Of a stretch of 64,000 nucleotides of DNA, positions 48,591 through 61,038 are shown in pieces. The translations under genes and the position numbers were made by a program. The notes beneath the pieces were generated by a model. It did not search any database and had not been told where the DNA came from. It saw only the letters and a program-made list of their open reading frames with translations. How positions within the stretch are numbered: the first letter of the stretch is position 1; every line of letters starts with the position of its first letter. The stretch is from Mobula hypostoma (Eukaryota): positions 23,996,001-24,060,000 of the forward strand of contig NC_086118.1 of NCBI RefSeq assembly GCF_963921235.1, read 5' to 3'.

Positions 48591-50245
48591 TTAATATAAA
48601 TGCTGTGTCTTTAACATAGTAGAATATACCGTTTCACTAGACAGTATCATGCAGACTTTGATGCTAGGCAATAGGAAATAATTAAAATCTTAGTTAAAGA
48701 GATAGGATAAAGAACACTTAAGACAGAAAGATGATACAGGATCCTAGAGAGGGTATTTAAAGATTAGCACTTTGGTCTTGAAAGGTACTGATGGAGCAAT
48801 TAAGATCAAGGATATCCAAGAGGTCAGAATTGAGTTCTGCAAATGTCTCAGAGGGTTGTAGGGATCAAAGAGATTAATGGCATTAAGGGGAGAGCAATAG
48901 ATGAGAGAAATTTGCGAACAATTTTTAAATTCAAGGCATTGCTTAACTGATAGTCAATATGGGTCACCATATTTTTAAGAGGAGAATATAAATGACATCA
49001 GATGCTCATGACAGTAATGAGAATTTTCTGCAGGAAAACAATTTCATTAGGCAAATAGCATGTTTGCTCTTGGTTTTCAAAGGGAAAATTTGCAAATGGC
49101 AAAGGTCTGAGAAGCACACCTTCCTGAGGAGCCTCCAAGGCAAAGACTTTAACTGGATAAACATGAAGTGTATAGCAAATAGGACTCTCAGAGGAGTTGG
49201 GATTAAGATACTTGGATCAGCGATCTCAGCAACAATTACGCGCCATGTCAGCACTTGCACTATAACTGACACCATATCCATGTGAAGAAGTGCTTTGTAG
49301 ATCATGGAGATTATGGAATTGTAATCCAGGCTCTGGTGTATTTAATTACTGCTGGGAATAGACTCACTGACCTTACATATTAACTAAGAAACCATGTTCA
49401 AAGGAAGTATTGATTGGATATTAGAGAACAGGCCTTTTGCATATTACGCTCCTTCATTTTACTTGAGCCTCACTCTGGAAAGTCATTGCTATAGCCTGTT
49501 ATTATGAGTAACAGGCCTTGACACACCTCCTGTTCCCAGTGGAACAGTTTCAAATGCACCTGTTTACCTTGTATTTAAATATCTGCCACCGATCTACAGC
49601 TTTGCAGATTACTGGTGTTCCTGAGACCTAACCTTCTTACAGTCGGCTGCCGTCTAGTCAGCCACCTGTTATGCAGTTCAGTGCCTCCACAGAAATGTGT
49701 AAAAGACATTTGTGTGGCTATGTCAGTCTGAGCAGGTGCTGCTTGATCTATACCTGCAAGCTAATAAGGCAGAAGGAACGATGGGCCCCCTAGAAACACT
49801 TAAGCATGCACTTACTCTGGCCCTGCCTCAACATCATAAAAAGCCCAAGGAACTAATCCAAAACTGGAAAACTATCCCTGATCATTAATGCATTCCCCTG
49901 TGTCAGTGTCCAGTACCACCTGCAGTACAACTGCCTTGCTAAACCAAAGTACTATGGATACCGACAATGAGTAATGTCTCCTGCTTGACCTGAAACACTG
50001 GTTGTATGTTGGTTTGTAGTTCAGTAATTCCTCCCACATGGTAAATTAAAAAAAATAAGATGGCAAACTCCAAGCCAAAGGCATTTTGCATTTAATAAAT
50101 TTAATTTCCTGTCTAAACGTCCATAATGGAAGTTATGGAGTCAGGGTTGTACTGCATGGAAACAGGCTGTTTGGCCCAACTTGTCCATGTCTACCAAAAT
50201 GTCTATCCAGGACTGTACCATTTGCCTGTACTTCTCCCTCTAGAC

Positions 50246-50325
50246 CAGGGGTTCCCAACCTTTTTTAATCCATGGACCGTTACCATTAACTGAGGGGTCC
50301 ACGGACTTCAGGTTGGGAACCCCTA
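50246..50325. mobile_element. 80-bp hAT (Charlie-type) MITE
   Basis: TIRs caggggttcccaacct / aggttgggaaccccta. 8-bp TSD ctctagac / ctccagac matches the NTCTAGAN Charlie target. Confidence 0.9.
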
Positions 50326-50780
50326 CTCCAGACCATATTTATCCATGTACTTGACTAAATACTCTTTGAAGACTAATTGTACCTGACTCTACAGTTCTCT
50401 GTTCACTCCAAATAGCTTCTGTATGAAAAAAAAAATTCCACTCCAGATACTTTAATACCTTTCTCCTCTCACCTTAAACTTAAACTCTATTGTTCAGATT
50501 CCACAATCCTGGGGAAATAAAAGATTGTGACCATTTGCCTGATCTATACTTATCGAGATTTTATATACCTCTGCCCAAGGGGAATGTAATTCCAGCCTAT
50601 CCAGCCTCTGCTCAAGCCCTCTGGTCCCAGTAACATCCTTGTGAATCTTTTCTGCACACTTCCCAGCTTAATGACTTCCTTCCTATATAGCTGAGCGACT
50701 GGATCTATCCACAAGGGTAATAATTTGTACAGTTCCAACATAACGTCCTAGCTTCTGCACTCAGTGCCTGGCCCGATGTG

Positions 50781-51060
50781 TTTTTTATTGATTGATTGAG
50801 ATACAGCACAGACTAAGCCCTTTCGTCCCTTCGAACCACACCGCCCAGCAATCCCTGATTTAATCCTAGCTTAATCATGGGACAATCTAAAATGACCTAT
50901 CAACTCACACGTCTTTGGACTGTGGGAGGAAACAGGAGCACCCAGAGGAAACTCACGGAGTCATGCGGAGAACGTACAAACTCCTTACAGGCAGGGAATT
51001 GAACCCAGGTCGCTGGTACTGTAAAGTGTTGTGCTAACCACTATGATACGGTGCTGCCCC
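50781..51060 (-). mobile_element. Full-length tRNA-derived V-SINE (HE1-like)
   Basis: Minus strand: ggggcagcac, A box-like tagtggttagc, B box gggttcaattcc, V domain, (caat)n/A tail. Confidence 0.85.
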
Positions 51061-52597
51061 AAATGTAGGCAAGCTTTCTTCACCAGACTGTCTACCTGCA
51101 TGGCCATTTTGTGTGAACTATGAACTTGGATCTATCAGTCTGCATGTTCTACAACATTCGCCAGGGCCTTACCACTTACAGTGTAAGTCCTGCACTAGTT
51201 TAACTTACAAGCATCCCGCACTTGTCGGAGTGAAATTCAATCTGCCCTTCCTTGGCCCACTTCTAGATGTATCTATAAACTTAGATACCTTTCTTCACTG
51301 TCCACTATGCCACCAATTCTGCTGTAGGGGCATAATTATTAGTATGTTCGTTGTATGAAGCCCAAATTGGCAGTGAAGTGGTCAATTCATCTGTTGCAAA
51401 ATTACTTGCCTTAGCACATTGAAACTGTGTGTTGAAAGAGCATTATGATGTATTGGGAAATTACAATGATGTATTGGTCAGTGATGCATGGAAAACAACA
51501 GCAAGGTCGATGGCTTTGAGATATGATGGAAGTGAAGTGACTTCTCTCCCATAGCCCACTTTGATAATAAATGAGCATTTACTAGGTGACCATAGGATTA
51601 GGCCTTAATGCTTTGCCAGTTGAAGACTTCTTCGGAGAAGTCCCACATACTACAGTGCAAGAGTGGTCTCCAGAATTGGTGCTGACTGTTTTAAATAAAC
51701 TACTTGATGCTTAGCTCAGCATTTAAGAAGAATAGAAAAACAGAAAAAGCCCTATGGGATCTACAAGGTCAGAGTTCCGAACTGTGCAATTGAACTGGAG
51801 CTCTGTAAAGTGGTGTACCTATGTTCTTAGCTTTGAAGGGCAAACCAAGATTGCAGCTGACTATTGTAAATAAACTGTTGAATTTCTGCTACTATGTTTT
51901 GTGCTCCGCCTAAACTCAGGGAAATGGTAATGTATAATCCCCAGAGAATCCTAGACAAATATTATTAGTTTATGTTCATACTATATTATATCACCCATTG
52001 TAATACTGGGAGTTCTTATTAAGCAGTTATTACATCAACCATGTCTAAGGTCATTTAGCTGAATGGAAATGAACTCACCCTTTGTATACCTGTGACCCAT
52101 CATTCTACATTGACAATATTTCCACTTAATAACTGAGGCAACATGTACATTTTTAGTTTGATATATAAAAACTCTTCATATTTGGATTAGATGGTTGAAA
52201 ATCACTCATGTTGAATTAATTGTCTTTCAGTCAATCTGTAAGACTAGGACATTGAAGCAAAATATCAGAATTTGTAGAAGTGATTGTTATGTAGGTGAAA
52301 TACTTCATTTTTGCCTTGCAACAGGATGTAGCATTCTGTATTTGCTATGTGGACCAAGTATGCTGGGGATTTAGAACTTCTAGCCTGTTGTAGCAATACA
52401 ATTTCCTTCCATTTGGTACTTGTTGAATATGCAATGATATCAAAATACATTGAAGTAACAACTGATTGTTCAAAACTGAGGGTATTGTCCTTGGGAGGTC
52501 TGGAATATACAGTCCAGTAATGAGAGCATCACCGAAGTCTGTGAGACTGGCAGTATCAATCCTATGCATCCATTATCCAGCTGCAGCTTTACCTGCC

Positions 52598-52802
52598 AAC
52601 ACACGCAAATGCTGGAGGAACTCAGCAGGTCAGGCAACATCTGTGGAGAGGAAAACCTGATGAAGTTCGAATGAAGGGTCTCGGTCTGAAATACAGACGG
52701 TTTATTCCTCTCCATAGATGTTGCCTAACCTGCTGAGTCCCTCCAGCGTTTTGTGTGTGTTGCTCTGAAATTCCAGCATCTGCAGAATCTCTAGGGGTTA
52801 AA
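52598..52802. mobile_element. Fold-back PLE-derived element
   Basis: Inverted arms; 11-bp TSD ctttacctgcc / ctttaccagcc. Confidence 0.8.
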
Positions 52803-52814
52803 CTTTACCAGCCC

Positions 52815-53858
52815 TCACCCACAAGAATGGGGATTCCTTCCCTCCACTCATGATGCTGCCATCAGCCGTATCTCCTTTATTTCCCATATGTCCATGCTCA
52901 CTCCATCATCCCGTCTCCTTAATAGTGGTAGAGTTCTTCTTGTCCTTACCTATCATCCCACCAGCCTCTGCACCCATCACATTATCCTCCATAACTTCCA
53001 CCATTTTAAAGGGATGCTACCCCTAAACATGTCTTTACCTCCTCCACCCTCTGCTTTCAACAAGGATCATTCCCTCCACGATTGTCTTGTCCATTTGTCC
53101 CTCCACAGTAACCTCCCTCCAGGCATTTAACCTTGCAAGTGCTACACCTGCCCATACACCTCCTCCCTCACCTACATTCAGGGCCATGAGCAGTCCTTCC
53201 AGGTGAGGCAACACTTCACCTGCAAATCCGCTGGGTTCATCCACAGTGTACATTGTTCCTAACGTGGCGTACTGTACATTGGTGAGTCCCGTCATAAATT
53301 GAGGAACCGCTTCTTCGAGCACCTCTGCACCATCCGCCAGAAGCAGGACTTCCCGGTGGTCAAACGTTTTAATTCTGATTCTCATTCCCGTTCCGACATG
53401 CCAAGATGAGGCCACCCTCAAGGAAGAGGAGCAACACCTTGTCTTCCACCTGCGTAACCTCAAATTTTTTCCTTCTGGTAAACTATTCCCCCCCCCTTCT
53501 ATCCCCCACAGAGACCTTTAACCTTTTCTCACTTGCCTATTGCTTCCCCCGGGTCCCCTCCTCCTTCCCTTTCTCCTATGGCCCACTCTCCTCTCCTATC
53601 AGATTTCTTCTTCTCCAACCCCTGATCTTCCCACCCACCTGGCTTCACCTATCACCTTCCAGCGAGCCTCCTATCCCTCCCACTACCTTTTCATTATGGC
53701 ATCTTTCCCCTTCCTTCTCAGTCCTGAAGAAGGCTCTTGGCCTGACTCATCGACTAACTAATCCTTTCCAGCGATGCTGCCTGACCTGCTGCGTTCCTCC
53801 AGCATTTCGTGTGTGTTGCTTTGGATTTCCAGCATCCGCAGGCTTCCTCGTGTTTATG
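52815..53858 (+). mobile_element. Penelope-like (Neptune-type) 3' fragment: RT C-terminus, Cys linker, GIY-YIG, pseudo-LTR
   Basis: RVLLVLTYHP; PCKCYTC; VRQHFTC...LYIGESRHKLRNRFFEHL; degenerate hammerhead gtcctgaagaaggc at 53721. Confidence 0.85.
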
Positions 53859-54899
53859 ATTTACCGGCAACTGCCTTTGTTGAAGCTTATACGATTGAAG
53901 CAAACTGGCATTACTCATATTTGTACCTGAACGTAAGTAAGTTGTAACTTGTTACCCAAGGAGTCATAGCTGACATTTCTAAGTTGCATTTAGCTCATGT
54001 TACAGTAGAGATTTGCCAGAAGTTCAATAAAAGTGTCATTCATTCAGCTGCAGGTGATTAAATTTCTCTTAACACTGAGCATTGGTCATATTGAAGACAT
54101 TAAAGGGAGACGGAAATATTTCTGTCCCTTAGTAACCTTTCAGCCGGCCTTTCTCAGATCCACTGAGACGAAATACAAGGTGACAGAGTTTAAAGCAGGG
54201 CAGTGTAAACTGTACATAGGCCATTGATTAAAAACATATGTCCAACAATAGACTGATTCTTAGACTTACAATTAACCTTTTAAGCAACTAAATAGAGCTT
54301 GTGTGCCTCTTAAAAGCTTTTTGCTGCTTGTAAATGATAAAACAGAAACAGCTGTAAAATTGTAATGAAGAAAGTGCTTACAAATTGTTGGAATTTTACA
54401 AGGTACAGTACTTCTTGTTTTCAGCTATGAATTTGTAAAGTACAGTTGCCACAAAGTACACAGTCTGTTCAAATTATGAAACCTAATTATTTTTTGTTCT
54501 GAACAAATAGACAATTCTCCACTTGGGAGAAGCATTGCATTTGAGAAACTTTTACCTTTTCTCTGTAGACTATGTCAATTTAAAATTTGAGCAAGTTGTA
54601 CAGCATTGATTGAAAATATAATTTGTGGGGACAATGATTATTTACAAATATTAATCCATATGATTTAAAGATAAAAATTCACTCATCTGCCTTATCATTT
54701 CATTGGCAAAGACCACATGTAGCATTCCACAAATAATTCACACTCTCAAGTCCTGCACAGGAATGTGTAATCTGGGGCAGGCTTTATAAAGCGCTAGTCT
54801 TGTATAATATTGCCAGAACTGAAATACTCAGCTGTGCAGGTGAATCATGGCTCAGTGTTACTAAACATTGCTCAGTCTTCGAAATACCCTCCTCACACC

Positions 54900-55465
54900 T
54901 TGAGTGACAGAATAGCGTTGCAGCTGTGCTGTTATGTACCAATGACCCAGCACCAGTACCAGTACTATTGACTCTGGTTTTATCCTGATCGCAGATGCTG
55001 TCAGTTTAGAGTTTGCACTTTCTTCCTATAACCCCATTAGTTTCCTCGAACACCCTAAAGACATAAAGGAAGGCTAACTGGCTATACTGTAAATTACCCC
55101 TAACCTAGCTGGGTGTTGATGATAAGCATGTGAGAGAATTGGTTACACAGAAGTAAAAGAGGGAATGGGACTGATCGAAATGGTCGGAGAGCCAGCATAG
55201 ACGTGATAGGGCAACACACACAAAACGCTGGAGGATCTCAGCAGGCAGGCAGCATCTGTGGAAAAAAGTACAGTTGACATTTCGGGCCGAAACCCTTTGG
55301 CAGGACTGGAGTGAAAAAGCTACTGGACTGTACTTTTTTCCATAGATGCTTCCTGGCCTGCTGAGTTCCTCCAGCATTTTGCGTGTGTTGCTCGGATTTC
55401 CAGCAACTGCATATTTTCTCTCATTTGTGGATAGACTTGATAGGTCAATTAACCTCCTTCTGTGA
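54900..55465 (+). mobile_element. Decayed V-SINE split by a fold-back element
   Basis: gagtttgcactttcttcc...tgtaaattacccct; tail-like sequence resumes after 55430. Confidence 0.6.
55211..55430. mobile_element. Fold-back PLE-derived element
   Basis: Inverted arms; 14-bp TSD atagacgtgatagg / atagacttgatagg. Confidence 0.88.
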
Positions 55466-55477
55466 GCAAGAAAATAT

Positions 55478-56300
55478 GAATCAGAATCAGGTTTAATATC
55501 ACTGGTATATGTCATGAAATTTGTTATTTTTGTGGCAGAAGTACAATTCAATAAGTAATAATAAAAATAACTGGATTACAATATACATAAAATAGTTAAA
55601 TTAAAGAAGTAGTGTAAAAAAAAGTAGGGAGGTGGTGTTCATGGGTCTAATGTCCTTTCAGAAGTCAGATGGCAGAGGGGAAGAAGCTGTTCCTGAATCA
55701 TTGAGTGTGCGCCTTCAGGCTCCTCTCTGATGGTAGAAATGGGAAGAGGGCAGGTCCTGAGTGATGGGACTCCTTAATGATGGATGCCGTCTTTTTAGGG
55801 CATCGCTCCTTGAAGATGTTGTGGATGCTACGGAGGCTAGTGCCCATGATGGAGCTGACTGAGTTCACAACTTTCTGCAGCTTCTGTCGATCCTGTGCAA
55901 TTGTCCCCCACCTCCCCCATGCCAGATGGTGATGCAGCCAGCTAGAATTATCTGCACAGTACATCTGTAGAAATTTGCAAGTGTCTTTGGTGACGTACCA
56001 AATCTCCTCAAGCTCCTAATGAAATATAGTCATTGTCGTGCACTGTTTGTAGCTGCATCAATGTGTTGACCCAGGATAGATCCTCTGGGATGTTGACACA
56101 CAGGAACTTGAAGTTGCTCACTCTTTTCCAATGTTGATGTGTGCTCCCTCATCTTACCCTTTCTGAAGTCCACAATCAGTTTATTGGTCTTACTGACGTC
56201 GAGAGCAAGGTTGTTGCTGAGACACCATTCAACTAGCTGATATATCTTGCTCCTGTACACCTTCTCGTCTCCATTAGAAATTCTGCCAACAATAGTTGAG
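55478..56300 (-). mobile_element. Rex1/Babar 3' fragment
   Basis: TIVGRISNGDEKVYR...WCLSNNLALDVSKT..LIVDFRK; tail (ctgatt)n. Confidence 0.85.
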
Positions 56301-56446
56301 AATGGTATTATCTTATTCATAACTTCAAATCAGATGATTTAATCAATATACCTGAAAATCAAACCTTGCGTGTAACTTCATGATTACATTTGGAATAAAT
56401 ATTTAATAAGATTTACTATTCAAAATTATTCTTATTAGTTTATATT

Positions 56447-56851
56447 TTAGATTATTAGATTATGAGGACACGCAGTCCTCTTTTATTGTCATTTAGTAAT
56501 GCATACATTAAGAAATGATACAATGTTTTTCCAGAATTATATCACAGAAACACATGACAAACCGACTTAAAAACTAACAAAAACGACATAATTATAACAT
56601 ATAGTTACAACAGTGCAAAGCAATACCGTAATTTGATAAGAACAGACCATGGGCACGGTAAAAGCCTCAGAGTCTCTCAAACGTCCCATCATCTCACGCA
56701 GACGGTAAACCTCCAGCGCCGCCAACTTGCCGATGCAGCCTACTGGAAGCATCCAACCACAGTCCCACTCCAAGTCCATCCAAAAACTCCGAGCCTCCAA
56801 CCAGCTCTCCGACACCAGCACCGAGCACCATCTCTGCCGAGCGCCTCGAAC
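56447..56851 (-). mobile_element. 5'-truncated copy of the 43700-44377 element
   Basis: Reverse-complement match from about 43960 to the (aatct)n tail. Confidence 0.85.
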
Positions 56852-57974
56852 TTTTACATAGAAGTACCAGGATTCTGATCAGAATAGTTGGTATTTTCTT
56901 GATGAGAAAGGTCGGGATGGATAAACATATACATGCATGAACACAGGTCCCAGACATCCTGGCAGCTGATTGACAATCATTCAATGGTTATTTTCTGGCC
57001 CATGGAATCCCGTTTGGAAGCTCAAAATTCTGGGCAGTTCTGACCCTTTTGCTGAGGAATCTGTTAAATTATTCCAGGGCAATATGTATCTGCTTAGTGG
57101 AACAGATCTCTGTTCATTTCAATGGTGAGGAATGACTGTGAGTACAAAGGTAAATTCTTGTTAATTTACAATTGATTTTGTTAAATTATTTAACTGCTTT
57201 AATTATTTCCAAATGGTTTAGTTCCATATTTTTAAAATTCTTTTCAGTAACTTCTATCTCTGCAATAGTTTAACAGCTATATGAATGTGCAGCAGAAGCT
57301 AAGTTTGTGTCTTCCTACATTGAATGCTTCACTTGTTTGTTCAAGTTTTAATAGATTTTGAATATCATTTTATTTTCTTGTCAGTGACTTGATGAAGTTA
57401 TGTCAGATGATTAAGGCAAGTGCCTCACTTTTCATCAGTTATCCGGACAGGGCTTCTCTGTCCCTTCCAACTCTGCCTGACTGAAGGATTTATATTGTGG
57501 TAGGCCACACCGCACAATATGGGCAGCAATGATCATTAGGATGGCTACATCCAGCAAGCTCCCGGCAGGAGGTCCATGCAAGGTAACTGAGAACTCAGTC
57601 GGTGTGATAGCAGGGAGCACAAGTGGCTCATTGGTGTTATAGCCAATTGCTTTTTAAAGATTGCCTTAAATTCCACAGATTCTGGATTTTTAAATTATTA
57701 TTTTACTGTAAAAAAGTTTCAAAATAATTTGTTTTTTCATAAATTCTGAAGTAAAATTTATGCGACACCAATCTGCTTTCTAATCTCCTTCATCATTTTA
57801 CAAAGTTGAAAGGTCATCCATGTTTCTAACAAGGTACAGCACCTACAGGTCTGCATTTTGCTCACACCTCACGCGTCAATGTATAATATTTTCTCTCCGA
57901 ATTCAGGGACACTCCCATTCCTCGTTTTGTATTAATGGTTAATTGGTTTATTATTGTCACATTACTGAGACAAA

Positions 57975-58226
57975 GTCAATTCCAATGCCATTCGATAAGG
58001 AGTTTCTGTATGTCTTCCCCATAGAATGCCTGGGTTTTCCCTGAGTGCTCCAGTTTCCTCCCACAGTCCAAAGACATATCAGGTAGGTTAACTGGTCATT
58101 GTAAATTGTCCCCTGATTAGGATAGGAATCATCAGCATTGTGGGGCTGATAGGGCCCCATGGCTGAAAGGGCCTACTCCAATCTGTATCGATAGATAGAT
58201 AGATAGATAGGTAGATAAATAAATAA
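57975..58226 (+). mobile_element. V-SINE fragment with (GATA)n tail
   Basis: gtttcctcccacagtccaaagac V domain. Confidence 0.75.
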
Positions 58227-58320
58227 GATGACGGTTTGTTTTGCATACCATCCAGGCAGATCATGCCAACGGGATGTACTTCAGGGTAGTACAAAGGGAA
58301 AATGAGTAACAGAATGTGAA

Positions 58321-58567
58321 AGCAACAAACAATCTGCTGGAAGACCTTGGTGGTTTGATCAGTATTTGTGGGAGGAAAGGAATCGCCAGTGTTTCAAGTT
58401 GAAACTCTGTATCAGGACCACAGATGGAACTCTTGAGCCCTAGTGCAGAATTTTGGCCTGAAATGTCGACAATTCCTTTCCTTCTGCAGATACTGCTTGA
58501 CTCACTGAGGTCCCTCAGAAGATTATCTGTTGCTCCAGATTCCCGCATCTGCAACCTCTTGTGTCTC
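58321..58567. mobile_element. Older fold-back PLE-derived element, related subfamily
   Basis: Inverted ends agcaacaaacaatctgctgg ... cagaagattatctgttgct; internal tgaaatgtcgac. Confidence 0.65.
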
Positions 58568-59184
58568 AACAAAATCCAGAATGTAGTGTTACAGTTACAG
58601 AGAAAGTGCAGAGCAGATATTCAGACAAGGTGCAAGGGTTATGATGAAGTACACTGAGAGATCAACAGTTCACCTTTATCACACAAAATGTTTGCTCAGC
58701 TTAGACCACATCTGATCTCTTCCAGCATTTTGCCAATCCTCAGCCCACGTTCTGGAATCTCCACAATATCCATCACTTTTATACAATTTATCTCCTTTAT
58801 GTTTCAGGGTAGATTCTGTACTTTCTTTTCCATTGTTGAAAGTTTCAGGCCAATTCTAATACTTTAATTCCCTTCAGCTAAATACACACTGCAGCACTCT
58901 GAGACAACATAAACAAAATGACAGATGCTGGACTTTAACTTGACTTTTCGGAATTTCAAATGCTAGGTTCTATTTGTGCATTTTGAGTGGGCAGGCAATA
59001 TTGCATTTAACCACAGCCCCCAGCATTCAGTTCCAACACAGATAACGTCCAGACTCATATTTTATGCCTCTGTCTCCTTCGCGTAGAATATTTTTAAGAT
59101 ATTGTCTTCTTCTTACTGAAATGAATACTCAAGCGTTTCCCCTCCAGTCATTATTGGCTCCAGAATCAAACACAAAAATTATTC

Positions 59185-59695
59185 AATCTATTACATTAGA
59201 AAGGCTGGCTCTGTTATAGGAGTCAAACTGGACACACTGGAGGCTGTGGGAGAACAAAGGACCCCCCAGAAAATCATGGCAATTCTGGACAATGTTTCTT
59301 ACCCTTTACATGCCACCTTGGCTGAACAGAGGAGCACGTTCAGAATAAACTAAGACATCTGCACTGCTCCAAGAACACTATATGAGGTCATTCTTACCCT
59401 CAGCCATTAGGCTCGATAATGAGTCAACCTATAGGCGGGGAAGTGATCACCACCTTCTGTTAGACAGTATGTGGTAACTTCACTCACAACACGCTGGAGG
59501 AACTCAGCAGGTCGGGCAGCATCCGTGGAAACAATGAGTCGACATTTCGGACCGGAACCCTTCATTAGGACGAAGGTAACTTATTTTTTATTCTTTCTAT
59601 TTCACTTCTAATATTTGTATCTGTGCTGTTGTAATGCTACTGTAATTTCCTTTGGGATCAATAAAGGATCTAGCTATCTATGTATCTATCTAGAT
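59185..59695 (+). mobile_element. Rex1/Babar 3' end with a small PLE terminal fragment at 59482-59574
   Basis: IRKAGSVIG...RSFLPSAIRL. The insert is flanked by ggtaactt and carries minus-strand gtcctaatgaagggttccggtccgaaatgtcgac. Confidence 0.75.
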
Positions 59696-59814
59696 CAATG
59701 CTTCCATCCAAAATGTTAAAGCAAGTTTGCTTATCTAATAGAAAACCTTTTTTTAATTACAGCATTCAAAACATAAAAAGGAAAAATCAGAAATGAGATA
59801 GTTGTTTCCAACTG

Positions 59815-61038
59815 CAACATGATAGTTGCAACTTCATGTTCATAGGGCTGTTAAGAAGGCATATAGAGCGTTGGCCTTCATTAGTCAGAGGATTGAGTTC
59901 AAGAGCCACAAGGCAATCTTGCAGCTTTATAAAGCCCTACACTTGGAATATTGTGTTCAGTTCTGGCCACCTCATTATAGGAAGTCTGTGAAAGTTTTAG
60001 AGAGGGTGTAGAGGAAATTTACCAGGATGCTGCCTGAATTAGACAACATATCTTATGAGGATAGATTGAGTGAGTTAGGGCTTTTCTCTTTGGAGCAAAG
60101 AAGGATAAGATGAGACTTGATAGAAGTGTACAAAATAATAAGAGGCATAGATCAGGATAGCCAGAGATATTTTCGCAGGTTGGAAATGGCTAATACAAGG
60201 AGGCATAATTTTAAGGTAATTGGAGGAAAGTATAGGGATTATGTAAGAGGTATGGCATTTACACAGAGAATGGTGATTGCATGGAATGTGCTGCCAAGGG
60301 TGATGTTAGAGGCAGATACCGCTCAGTGGCCAGTTCATTAGGTACACCGGCTCATTAATGCAAATATCTAATCAGCCAATCATGTGGCAGTAACTCAGTG
60401 CATGAAAGCATACATATATGGTCAAGAAGTTCAGTTGTTGTTCAGACCAAGCATTGGAATGGGGAAGAAATCTAAGTGACTTTGATCGTGGAATGCTTGT
60501 TGGTGCCAGGCAGGGTGCTTTGAGGTTTTCAGAAACTGCTGATCTCCTGGGATCTCCATGCACAACAATCTCTAGAGTTTACAGCGAATGGTGCAAAAAA
60601 AAAAATCCAGTGAGTGGCAGATCTGTGGGTAAAAATGCCTCGTTAATGAAGAGGTCGGAGGAGAATGGCCAAACTGGTTCAATCTCACAGGAAGATGACA
60701 GTAACTTAAATAACCACACGTTACAACACTGGTGTGCAGAAGCATATCTCTGAATGCAAAACGTGTTGAACTTTGAAGTGGATGGGTTACAGCAGCAGAA
60801 GACCCCTAACATACACTCACAGATCACTTTATTAGATACAGGAGGTACCTAATGAAGTTGCTACTGGGTGTACATTATGGGCAATTAAGAAACTCCTAAA
60901 CACACAAATGGATGCTGGGTAAATGGAGGTCTATGTAGGATTAGATTGATCTTAAGAGTAGGGAAAAGGGTCTGCATGACATCATGGGCCAAAGGGCCTG
61001 TAATGTGCTGTAAAGTTATATATCTTTGTTTTATGGTT
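59815..61038 (+). mobile_element. CR1 3' fragment split by the Tc1 element
   Basis: LEYCVQFWPPHYRK; gaggcagaTA|cattatgg junction. Confidence 0.85.
60319..60870 (+). mobile_element. Complete ~550-bp non-autonomous Tc1 element
   Basis: TIR ccgctcagtggccagttcattaggtac ... gtacctaatgaagttgctactgggtg; TA duplication at 60317-60318 and 60871-60872; LSDFDRGMLVGAR motif. Confidence 0.9.

Larger units (their letters stand above)
50120..51325 (-). mobile_element. Decayed CR1 3' fragment hosting a hAT MITE and a V-SINE
   Basis: ORF 50550-50741 reads MLELYKL...VQKRFTRML. Confidence 0.7.

Noticed and set aside
48992..49305. Overlapping ~98-aa ORFs on both strands
   Set aside because: No motifs; expected by chance.
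50990..51060. tRNA-like A/B boxes
   Set aside because: Head of a V-SINE continuing into the V domain and tail; not a tRNA gene.
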